From: Bacteroidia bacterium | Lineage (GTDB): Bacteria; Bacteroidota; Bacteroidia; M30B66 | Assembly: GCA_965279035.1 (NCBI GenBank) | Contig: OZ257142.1 | Coordinates: 992,001 to 1,056,000 of the forward strand | Direction: 5' to 3' | DNA length: 64,000 bases | Shown: one piece after another, positions 9,419 to 18,386 of the stretch | Layout of the letters: every line of letters begins with the position of its first letter | Numbering within the stretch: position 1 is the stretch's first letter | The notes under the pieces: generated by a model | Databases searched by the model: none | Told to the model about the DNA's origin: nothing | What the model saw: only the letters and a program-made list of their open reading frames with translations | Translations under genes and position numbers: made by a program

Positions 9419-9828
9419 TACAAACGGTTAAGGAAAGGTAGATTTGAATTCAATGTTATGCGGCCGGAATTCTGAACAATAAAATGCTCAGCTAAAAGGA
9501 ATTTAAATGAAATTCACCACCAATAGGTGCTATTTTGATAATCGAAAGGATTAAAAATCGACGCAAAATTAATACAATGAAAGATGCGAAATGATTTTGG
9601 GCAAAAAGAGTTTCTAGATAACAGAATGTTAACATTGAGCAATTTTCATCAGTTTATTTACATTGTTTGTTGTTTGTATTTTGTTGAAAAGCAAGCAAAT
9701 ACAATTAATTTACTTCCAGTTCGGTTCCAATGTTAATTAAATGTTAAGCCAAAGTGATCGCAGAATAAATATTTGTGTAACTTTGTATTATCAAATTGTG
9801 TAAAACTTCACATAATAAAATACGAAAG

Positions 9829-10230
9829 ATGAAAAAGCTGCTGTTATTTCTTTTTGTTGTTGCATCCATTTCTTTAGTGGCTCAAAACAAAGAACTGACA
9901 ACCTTTTATGATAATGGGGTTGTGAAGAGTCGTTATGTTTATACAAACTCTCAGAATTACACGGTTACCAATTATTTCCCTTCTGGAAAACCAATGGAAA
10001 CTGGAAGTTTTGTGCAAGGGAAAATGGATGGTTCTTGGGTTACTTATAATGAATCAGGAATTAAAACTGCTGAAGCATTTTATGCTCAAGGAAACAAAAC
10101 TGGAAACTGGAAAATATTTGATGAAGTAGGTTCTTTACGTTATCTACTTTCTTATGATTCCAATAAAATTGTCAGTGTGACTAATTTTGATTCAGCAGGT
10201 AAAGCTGTTGCAGAATCTCATCCGCATTAA
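9829..10230 (+). CDS. Exported MORN-variant repeat (YwqK-like) protein; start ATG 9829
   Basis: Signal peptide MKKLLLF...VAQ; repeats such as GKMDGSWVTYNESG and GNKTGNWKIFDEVG; TAACTTTG at 9778-9785. Confidence 0.7.
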   Translation: MKKLLLFLFVVASISLVAQNKELTTFYDNGVVKSRYVYTNSQNYTVTNYFPSGKPMETGSFVQGKMDGSWVTYNESGIKTAEAFYAQGNKTGNWKIFDEVGSLRYLLSYDSNKIVSVTNFDSAGKAVAESHPH

Positions 10231-10252
10231 ACTTTCGAATAAAAAGATTTTT

Positions 10253-10280
10253 AAAAGCCTCTGAAATTCAGGGGCTTTTT
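10253..10280 (+). terminator. Intrinsic terminator
   Basis: AAAAGCCTCTGAA-A-TTCAGGGGCTTTTT. Confidence 0.75.
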
Positions 10281-10344
10281 CATTTAAATCAAGGTCTGCT
10301 TAGTCGGTTGAATTTCTAACTTTGGCCAGCTAAAAACTTGATTC

Positions 10345-11409
10345 ATGAAAGTTCATAATTTCAGTGCCGGTCCAGGAATTCTTCCACAAGAAGTTCTTCA
10401 AAAAGCAGCAGCAGCCTGTATCGAATTCAATCATTCAGGTCTTTCTTTATTGGAAGTTTCTCATCGTGGTAAAGATGTTATCGCTGTTTTTGATCGTGCA
10501 GTCCAACTTGTAAAATCGCTTTTAAATATTGGAGATGAATACGTTGTAGTTTTTCTACAAGGTGGTGCGAGTTTGCAATTTTCTATGGTACCAGCAAATT
10601 TCTTAAATACCAAAGCCGCTTATTTAAATACAGGTGTTTGGGCATCCAAAGCCATTAAAGAAGCTAAATTGTATGGTTCAACTGAGGTTGTTGCCTCTTC
10701 CGAAGACCGGAACTTTGCATACATACCGAAGTCCTATACAATCCCTAGTGATGCTGATTACTTTCATATCACATCAAACAATACAATCTATGGAACTCAA
10801 ATGAGGTCATTCCCTCAAAGTCCAGTTCCACTATTTTGTGATATGTCTTCTGACATTTTTTCTCATCGATTTGATGCTACACAGTTCGATTTGATTTATG
10901 CTGGAGTTCAAAAAAACATGGGTCCTGCAGGGGCAACTATGGTAATTCTTAAAAAGGAGATCCTTCAAAAAGTAAAACGCACACTTCCTTCTATGATGCA
11001 ATATGCCATTCATGTTGAAGGTGAATCAATGTACAATACTCCTCCTGTTTTTGCAGTATATGTTTCCATGCTCACTTTAGACTGGTTAGATCGGAATGGC
11101 GGTGTTGAATGGGCTGAAAAAAGAAACAGAGCTAAGGCAGAGCTCTTTTATTCTGAAATAGACAGAAATTCTCAGTTTGTTGGAACGGTTGATATTGAAG
11201 ATCGTTCATGGATGAATGCCAATTTCGTTTTAACTCATTCTGAAAAAGAAGAAGCATTTAAATCGATGCTGAAAGAAGCCAATATTAGTGGTTTAAATGG
11301 ACATCGTTCTGTTGGCGGATTTCGTGCTTCGATGTACAATGCCATGGACATTGATAGTGTTCAGGTTTTAGTTGATGTAATGAAGTCATTCGAACAAAAA
11401 AACGGGTAA
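10345..11409 (+). CDS. serC: Phosphoserine aminotransferase
   Basis: HNFSAGP, GGASLQF, DMSSD, QKNMGPAG, YNTPP, GHRSVGGFRASMYNA. Confidence 0.97.
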   Translation: MKVHNFSAGPGILPQEVLQKAAAACIEFNHSGLSLLEVSHRGKDVIAVFDRAVQLVKSLLNIGDEYVVVFLQGGASLQFSMVPANFLNTKAAYLNTGVWASKAIKEAKLYGSTEVVASSEDRNFAYIPKSYTIPSDADYFHITSNNTIYGTQMRSFPQSPVPLFCDMSSDIFSHRFDATQFDLIYAGVQKNMGPAGATMVILKKEILQKVKRTLPSMMQYAIHVEGESMYNTPPVFAVYVSMLTLDWLDRNGGVEWAEKRNRAKAELFYSEIDRNSQFVGTVDIEDRSWMNANFVLTHSEKEEAFKSMLKEANISGLNGHRSVGGFRASMYNAMDIDSVQVLVDVMKSFEQKNG

Positions 11410-11412
11410 ACA

Positions 11413-12387
11413 ATGGCATTTAGAAGAGTATTAGCCAATGATGGTATAGACAATTTGGGGAAGAAATTACTTGAAGATGCAGGCTTTTTTGTCGAAACGA
11501 ACAAAGCTCCAGAGGGTAAACTTTCTGAAACAATCAATCAAGGTAATTTTGATGTTTTACTTGTCCGTAGTGCGACCAAAGTGACGGCCGCGGTATTAGA
11601 CGAATGTCCAAATCTTCGATTAGTTGGTAGAGCTGGTGTTGGAATGGATAATATCGATTTAAAACATGCTGAACTGAAAGGAATTAAAGTGGTAAATACT
11701 CCTGCTTCATCTTCGCAATCGGTTGCAGAATTAGTATTTGCTCATCTATTTTCAGGAATACGGTTTCTTCAGGATTCTAATTTCCAAATGCGTTCTCAAG
11801 GAGCAACACATTTTGCTGAATTGAAGAAAAAATATGGTGCTGGAATAGAACTCCAAGGGAAAACAATGGGCATTATAGGGTTTGGACGAATTGGTCAAGC
11901 AGTAGCTCGAATGGCCATTGGATTGGGAATGAATGTCGTTGCATCCGATCCATTCATTAATGAAGCTACGATTATACTTCATATCAAACCAACTTCTCAA
12001 GATGTTCCAGTTAAAATCGTGACGAGTAGTTTGGATGAGGTTTTAGAAAAAAGTGATTTCATCAGTATACATGTTCCCGGTAAAATCAATGGGAAAGCCT
12101 TGATCGGTGATGTTGAACTTAATAAAATGAAATCGGGTGTTGGACTAGTCAATGCAGCACGTGGAGGAGTGATTGATGAAGATGCCCTACTTGCTTCATT
12201 AGCTAGTGGAAAAGTAGCTTTTGCAGGTTTGGATGTTTTTGAAAACGAACCCAATCCACGGCTTGATTTACTCGAAAATAATCGTATTTCTGTTTCACCT
12301 CATATTGGAGCAGCAACACAAGAAGCTCAAGAGCGAATCGGTCGTGAAATGGCAGATAATATCATTCAATTTTTCGCAAAAGTTTAA
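11413..12387 (+). CDS. serA: D-3-phosphoglycerate dehydrogenase (short form, no ACT domain)
   Basis: VRSATKV, RAGVGMDNID, GFGRIG, NAARGG, PHIGAAT; follows serC. Confidence 0.88.
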   Translation: MAFRRVLANDGIDNLGKKLLEDAGFFVETNKAPEGKLSETINQGNFDVLLVRSATKVTAAVLDECPNLRLVGRAGVGMDNIDLKHAELKGIKVVNTPASSSQSVAELVFAHLFSGIRFLQDSNFQMRSQGATHFAELKKKYGAGIELQGKTMGIIGFGRIGQAVARMAIGLGMNVVASDPFINEATIILHIKPTSQDVPVKIVTSSLDEVLEKSDFISIHVPGKINGKALIGDVELNKMKSGVGLVNAARGGVIDEDALLASLASGKVAFAGLDVFENEPNPRLDLLENNRISVSPHIGAATQEAQERIGREMADNIIQFFAKV

Positions 12388-12392
12388 TCATC

Positions 12393-13637
12393 ATGGCGAA
12401 ACTGTTTCCTTTCAAAGGAATTTTGCCTTCTCCTGAAATCACTGAGCAGGTTGTATCTCGTCCATTTGATAAATACTCAAAAAAGGAAGTACAAGAAATT
12501 GTCAATGAAAACCCGAATTCGTTTCTCAATATTATAAAACCGGAGTTAGCTAATGGAAAAAGCACTCGTCCAGATAATCCGGAAGCTCAATTAAAGAGCA
12601 GAGAAAAATTTGAGACATTTCTAGCCAATCATATTTTAGAACAATCTAGTCAGAACAACTATTACATATATCGTCAGGTAAAACCCAGCTTTACCTATAC
12701 TGGAATTATTGCGACAATTTCGAGCGCTGATTACCATAATGGAGTCATTAAAATTCACGAGCAAACATTAGCTCCCAAAGAAGAAAAGCTCAAAGATTAT
12801 CTTCGTGTTGTTGGAATTAATGCTGAGCCTGTGATGTTCACGTATCCGCATCAATCGACAATTGATGAATTAGTGAATGAACTTACCAAATCAAAACCCT
12901 ATGCTGCTTTTCATTTCGATGATAAAGAGCATTTTCTATGGGAGGTTTCTGCTAAAGAATCTATTGAACGCATTCAAATTGCATTCGAATCAATTGAACG
13001 AGTTTATGTCGCTGATGGTCATCATCGTTCTGCTTCATCCGTTTTATTGTCCGAAGAACTAGCTGCCGAAACTGGAGATAGTTCAGGCGAAGCTCCTTGG
13101 AGTCGGTTTTTAGGAATTTTTCTTCCTGATCATAATCTTCAACTCTTTGAGTTTAATCGTTTGGTAAAAGATACAGCTGGCTTGACTGTATTAGAAATAG
13201 TAGATCAACTTGCGGATGATTTTGAAATTCAATTAGTAGATCAAGCTGTATATAAACCACATGCGCTTCATGAAATTTCCATGTATGCACAAGGTCATTG
13301 GTATAGCCTGAAGTTGAAACATGATAGACAAAATTCTCAACTTGAAAATAAGCTCGATGCGAATCTTTTAAGCAAGCATATTTTGGGTCCGGTGCTTCAA
13401 ATATTGGATTTACGAAATGATGATCGCGTTTCTTTTTTAAGTGGAATTCAAGGTGCTGAAGAGCTTAAACGGCAAGTCGACAAAGGGAATTATGCGGTTG
13501 CATTTGGATTGTATCCTGTGAGTATGGAGCAATTCTTTTCTTTTTCGGATCATGGTAAAATAATGCCACCTAAAACCACTTGGTTTGAGCCTAAGCTCTT
13601 AAATGGTCTTGTGATCTACGATATCGGACAACACTAA
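12393..13637 (+). CDS. DUF1015 family protein
   Basis: IHEQT, YVADGHHR, MPPKTTWFEPKL; usual position after serC-serA. Confidence 0.88.
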   Translation: MAKLFPFKGILPSPEITEQVVSRPFDKYSKKEVQEIVNENPNSFLNIIKPELANGKSTRPDNPEAQLKSREKFETFLANHILEQSSQNNYYIYRQVKPSFTYTGIIATISSADYHNGVIKIHEQTLAPKEEKLKDYLRVVGINAEPVMFTYPHQSTIDELVNELTKSKPYAAFHFDDKEHFLWEVSAKESIERIQIAFESIERVYVADGHHRSASSVLLSEELAAETGDSSGEAPWSRFLGIFLPDHNLQLFEFNRLVKDTAGLTVLEIVDQLADDFEIQLVDQAVYKPHALHEISMYAQGHWYSLKLKHDRQNSQLENKLDANLLSKHILGPVLQILDLRNDDRVSFLSGIQGAEELKRQVDKGNYAVAFGLYPVSMEQFFSFSDHGKIMPPKTTWFEPKLLNGLVIYDIGQH

Positions 13638-14311
13638 TGATGAGCTCAGTTAGTCAACGTATAGTAGAAATTCGTCATTCCCTTCCAAGCGGTGTTGAGC
13701 TTTGTGCAGTTTCTAAAACAAAACCAGTTGCTCTCATTGAAGAGGCATATCAGGTTGGACAACGAATTTTCGGAGAGAATAGGGTACAGGAATTAGAAGA
13801 GAAAGCCAATCTTCTTCCAAAAGATATTCAGTGGCATTTGATAGGGCATCTGCAAACAAATAAGGTAAAATATATTGCTTCATTCGTTTCGATGATTCAT
13901 GCTGTTGATGATGAAAAATTATTAGAAATCATTGATAAGGAAGCCCGAAAACACAACAGAATAATTGACTGTTTGATTCAGATTCATATTGCAGAAGAGG
14001 AAAGTAAATTTGGATTTTCAGAAGAAGAAGCTTTACAATTCTTTCAATCAGGAAAATGGAAATCTCTAAAAAACGTTCAGCTGAGAGGACTCATGGGAAT
14101 GGCAACATTTACTGAAGATTCGGAAAAAATCAGAATGGAATTTAGAGGACTTCATCACTTTTTTCTGAAAATGAAATCAGAATGTATGTCACAAGAATCT
14201 TCCTTTGATCAACTTTCCATTGGAATGAGTGGAGATTATAAAATTGCTATCGATGAAGGCAGCACACTCATTCGAGTAGGTAGTTCTATTTTTGGTGATC
14301 GTTCTTATTGA
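13637..14311 (+). CDS. yggS: PLP homeostasis protein (YggS/PLPBP)
   Basis: AVSKTKP, FGENRVQE, WHLIGHLQTNK, GMSGDY, RVGSSIFG. Confidence 0.95.
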   Translation: MMSSVSQRIVEIRHSLPSGVELCAVSKTKPVALIEEAYQVGQRIFGENRVQELEEKANLLPKDIQWHLIGHLQTNKVKYIASFVSMIHAVDDEKLLEIIDKEARKHNRIIDCLIQIHIAEEESKFGFSEEEALQFFQSGKWKSLKNVQLRGLMGMATFTEDSEKIRMEFRGLHHFFLKMKSECMSQESSFDQLSIGMSGDYKIAIDEGSTLIRVGSSIFGDRSY

Positions 14312-15276
14312 GCGATTATCAATTTTGATGAGTGAACAATTCCTTCCTGTTGAAATGTGAGGAAATAAATTCCTGAGTTCAATTCATTGGGAATTCCCAC
14401 CATTCGATTTGATGTAGTTCCTTTTAGAACCACTTTCCCTGTAAAATCTATAAGTGAAAAATTCACTTCGTTTCTGATTCCTTTAATGTAAAACACTCCC
14501 GAACTTGGATTGGGGAAAATTGAAATACTTGAAGATGATAGATTTTCAAATCCAAGGGAGTTTGGAGTATTGTGATTGCCAGCTGTAACCGATGCTCCCG
14601 TTGGAAAATTAGCACTTATTTCTAATGGATCAAAAGTCGTATTCGTTATTAAATCTCCATTATACCAAGCTGGTTTTGAAAAAGGAGTTGTATTTCCATA
14701 GAAACGAACAGCTGCATCAGGAGTTCCTGCCGATTGAGTTAATGTAACACCTCCATAGATAAGTGCTGTTAAATCTCCATTTGTCCAACCTACTGCATCT
14801 TGTAAAACGGCTCCTGAAGGAAGATCTAAAGTGCCATCGTTGTTGGTATCATAATCAGCATTATGTACCATGGGTATGGGGCTATATATAACTGTAAATG
14901 TTGTATTCCCGTTTTCTAAGATACCACCAGGAATACCAAATGAAAGAGTGTCTTTGACTGTTGTTTCTGCGGGTAAGTTTGGATAACCAAGAGTAGTTCC
15001 GATGAAAATCAATCCGTTTGAACCGATTGTAATATTGTTCAATGGAATCACTAAATCGCAATTTCCTGCTGAAGCTGAATCTCCCTCGAATACACACACA
15101 TAAATTTTGTTTAAAGTGGTACCTGGAGTTCCTTTTAATTCAATAAACTCGTAAGGATCGTCTGATCCTGCTGGGTTGACAACAATTTCATTCAAGAGCA
15201 ATTGTGCATTTGAATGAGAATGAATAAATAGAAAACAACTTGTAATAAGAACAGAAATCGAATGGTATAGTTTCAT
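14305..15276 (-). CDS. Secreted lamin-tail-like domain protein with T9SS type A CTD
   Basis: LLNEI...EFIELKG; C-terminus IFPNPSSG...GIYFL...KLIIAQ. Confidence 0.7.
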   Translation of the reverse strand: MKLYHSISVLITSCFLFIHSHSNAQLLLNEIVVNPAGSDDPYEFIELKGTPGTTLNKIYVCVFEGDSASAGNCDLVIPLNNITIGSNGLIFIGTTLGYPNLPAETTVKDTLSFGIPGGILENGNTTFTVIYSPIPMVHNADYDTNNDGTLDLPSGAVLQDAVGWTNGDLTALIYGGVTLTQSAGTPDAAVRFYGNTTPFSKPAWYNGDLITNTTFDPLEISANFPTGASVTAGNHNTPNSLGFENLSSSSISIFPNPSSGVFYIKGIRNEVNFSLIDFTGKVVLKGTTSNRMVGIPNELNSGIYFLTFQQEGIVHSSKLIIAQ

Positions 15277-18200
15277 CAGCGGGTCAATACAATTTTACCA
15301 GTAGCAGTTTCGAAATAATCTTTTTTCAAATAATAATTGAGCACATAGTAATACACACCCTGCGGTAAATCAACATTGGCCTGTTTACCATCCCATTTAA
15401 AATCAAGGTTATTGGATTGATATAATTCTTCACCCCAGCGATTGTAAATCATCACATTCCCTTTTAAAACAGTTTCAGTGTGGTAGCATTGAAACCATTC
15501 ATTTAATCCATCACCATTAGGAGTAAATGCAGTTGGAATATACATCGTTTGAGGAATTATCTCTTTCAACAAGAAATGAGCAGTGAGTGTATCTGTTGTA
15601 TCTACAATGCAGCCATTTACACTCATGCTTGAATCATCAGAAAGCACTGTATTTTCTAATGTCCAATGACTGAATAAATAGATATCTGTTGGATTTGCAT
15701 CCGTAGTAACTGGTGTTCCAGGAAAGTACTCGAATGTTGTTGGATAATTTTGAATCCAAGTTCCATTGATGTTTACAGTTCCTGCGCCGGGAGGATCAAC
15801 TAGTACTGTAAGAAACCAGGTTTGAAGAGGTTTGAAATGAATAATGATTGTATCAGTTGAATCTGAGATAAATGAAGCATCAATTGTAGCGGAATCGGGT
15901 GTGAACGGATGATATGAAGATTCATACCAAACAAATTCATAGTTTGTTGAAGGTGTTGCCGATAAACTCAGTGAAAAACCTTCATTGTATGTTGTTGTGT
16001 ATGGATAGGATGCTGGGCTAATACCATTGATTGATATAGTTCCTGATCCAGGAGGTTCAACAATATAAGTGATGGTATTTATTTCAATCACTCTAAAATG
16101 AGCAACAATACTATCTGAAGCTTGAATCATGAAACTATTGAGCGCATCGGTACTATCTGTAGTGAGATCACTGTGAAATATTTCCCAATACCAGAATTCA
16201 TAGTTCGTTGCTGGAGTAGCTTCTATCTCACCTTCGACACCTCCAAAGTATGTTCCTGACCAAGGATAGCTAGCAATATTCAATTCATTAAATCGAATTG
16301 TTCCACTCGCAGCTGGTGAAACATTAAAAGCAAGATTGAATGGACCATTTACATCGTAGCAATTAATTACTCCTTGATTAGCAATGTATTGACAACGATT
16401 AGAAATCTGATTTCTCATATACGACAAATGCGATTGCCATTCAGTCATCGTTCCGCCCCATCGAGTAATTTGATTGGACATTTCAGGAGTTATATGATTG
16501 ACTATACTATCGAAATGAGCTAGAGCAAAATCACAATTTAAGTATGTACTTATCATTTCAGCATACCGATTTACAAAACGTTGTTTGAAAGCCGGATTTG
16601 CCATGAGTCTGTTATAGATATCCAAATGACCTTCATCGGGTCCCGCATTTTGGAAATTATTATCTAATGCACATGGATCTGTTGTATAATCTGTAGAAGG
16701 CCAACCTGAATAATTTTGACCAAGATCAAAGGTATTATCCATGTCCCATAAAGCGTATTTCCATTTTACGTTGGGAGTGCCTCTACCTCGCCACCACATG
16801 GTATTCCAATTAATCCAATCGGAATTTACAGCCCATGAATTCAAAATGATATAATCAATAACACTCGCTAAATCGAGTCTTGAAGCAACACTATTATAAT
16901 TCGCATTGATGGAAAGATCATTACTCATGATATATCCATAGAGATCATTCCAATCGGTATCGCTACCATAACGAACGGTTAATCCTCCCCAAAATGAAAG
17001 CAAGTCTAAATCTTCTTCCTTTTGATTCCAGTAATAGTTGGTGTAATCAGGATCATTTACTTTTTCACGAATCTCATAAAGTCCCCAATATTGACCATTG
17101 ATGTAAAGAGCACAATGATCGTTAGTACGAAGGTCAACATTCATGTGAGCCGTTTGAGCTAAGGATTGAATGTATGCATCACGAAGATGACAACCACCGC
17201 CACTTCCCCAAGTAAAAGGATAATTATCAGAAGCAGCTGCTTTAAGAATTAATCGTTGAAACTGAGCACGTGGTTTTGTTGGGAAAACTTGATAATCTAT
17301 TTTATCGTCATACCCTAGTTGATCACGAACGATAAAGTCAACCCCTTTTTGAGGATATGCCCAGCTATCATTTCCATGGCCATTCACATCACCATACGAT
17401 TCGAATTGTTGAGTTCCAGAACTAGTGAAATACTCAATGGTTGAGTTAATTTCTTGAACTCCACTATTGAATAGATTCGTGTATTGATCGGATGATAATG
17501 AAACAATTGGAATAGTATGACTAACGCCAATAAGGTAAGTATTGGTTTCAGTAAATCCTGCTAAAATGCTTGCAGAGGCAGGGAAAGCTCTCGCCCTAAG
17601 TGCAGTTGAAGTGCTAATAGCAATAGGAGCAGAATAACTTGCAGATGTGGTTGTTGGTTCAGAACCATCCGTTGTATAGCGAATGGTAACACCAGCATCG
17701 GGAGAGCTAAGACTAACATTGATAGCTCCTGGGTAAATTCCAGCAGCTAAGCTCATGGTTGGAGTTGTTGTGTAGGATGTATATCCTGTTCCGTTTGCAG
17801 TTCCTGGTGTTGGTGTTGCAAAAATCCCCCAGGTTGCTGAACCATTGGGAATTCTTCCGCGTGAATTATTCGCTCTTGCTGGAGTAGTTATTACTTGATC
17901 TGTTATTGCTCCACCAGCATCAGCAAAAATGATTGTTTCATTATTCGTTTGCGTGAGTTTGAAATTCGTGTGAAAACTCAATCCAGTTGAAATGTCTCTC
18001 CCAGAAGCAAAAAATATCATGTACCCATTCGAAGCGATCGTTGTACCCGCTGGAATTTGCCACTTTGTAGGATTCGCAACATTATCACTGAGGAAATTAC
18101 CTCCAATGTTTATCGCAGCACCTGTTGGATTATATAATTCAATCCAATCTTCATAATTTCCATAATCATCTGCTATCGTCGAAATATTAGAACAAGAAAA

Positions 18201-18284
18201 CTCGTTAATCACCACTTGCCCAAACGATGAATAGGTCACTAGAATAAGCAATATGATGAAATATGAACGTAGTAGTTTTAACAT
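15276..18284 (-). CDS. Secreted CotH-family kinase with lamin-tail domain, Ig-like repeats and T9SS type B CTD
   Basis: VINEF...DWIELYN; YTTDGSEPT; LYINGQYWGLYEIRE, SDW, WDMD; CTD PTAFTPNGDGLN...YNRWG...WDG...GVYYY. Confidence 0.85.
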   Translation of the reverse strand: MLKLLRSYFIILLILVTYSSFGQVVINEFSCSNISTIADDYGNYEDWIELYNPTGAAINIGGNFLSDNVANPTKWQIPAGTTIASNGYMIFFASGRDISTGLSFHTNFKLTQTNNETIIFADAGGAITDQVITTPARANNSRGRIPNGSATWGIFATPTPGTANGTGYTSYTTTPTMSLAAGIYPGAINVSLSSPDAGVTIRYTTDGSEPTTTSASYSAPIAISTSTALRARAFPASASILAGFTETNTYLIGVSHTIPIVSLSSDQYTNLFNSGVQEINSTIEYFTSSGTQQFESYGDVNGHGNDSWAYPQKGVDFIVRDQLGYDDKIDYQVFPTKPRAQFQRLILKAAASDNYPFTWGSGGGCHLRDAYIQSLAQTAHMNVDLRTNDHCALYINGQYWGLYEIREKVNDPDYTNYYWNQKEEDLDLLSFWGGLTVRYGSDTDWNDLYGYIMSNDLSINANYNSVASRLDLASVIDYIILNSWAVNSDWINWNTMWWRGRGTPNVKWKYALWDMDNTFDLGQNYSGWPSTDYTTDPCALDNNFQNAGPDEGHLDIYNRLMANPAFKQRFVNRYAEMISTYLNCDFALAHFDSIVNHITPEMSNQITRWGGTMTEWQSHLSYMRNQISNRCQYIANQGVINCYDVNGPFNLAFNVSPAASGTIRFNELNIASYPWSGTYFGGVEGEIEATPATNYEFWYWEIFHSDLTTDSTDALNSFMIQASDSIVAHFRVIEINTITYIVEPPGSGTISINGISPASYPYTTTYNEGFSLSLSATPSTNYEFVWYESSYHPFTPDSATIDASFISDSTDTIIIHFKPLQTWFLTVLVDPPGAGTVNINGTWIQNYPTTFEYFPGTPVTTDANPTDIYLFSHWTLENTVLSDDSSMSVNGCIVDTTDTLTAHFLLKEIIPQTMYIPTAFTPNGDGLNEWFQCYHTETVLKGNVMIYNRWGEELYQSNNLDFKWDGKQANVDLPQGVYYYVLNYYLKKDYFETATGKIVLTR

Positions 18285-18386
18285 TTTTCCAATCTATGGG
18301 CATGTACAATTTTCAAAAATAAGAAAATGTTCTCACCTATATGATTAAATTGTTAAATCTCTTTCGTGCCCATCTTCCCAAAATTG

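Noticed and set aside
9829-10230. Toxin-antitoxin system suggested by the YwqK-like repeats
   Set aside because: No adjacent toxin gene; a stand-alone exported protein with its own promoter and terminator
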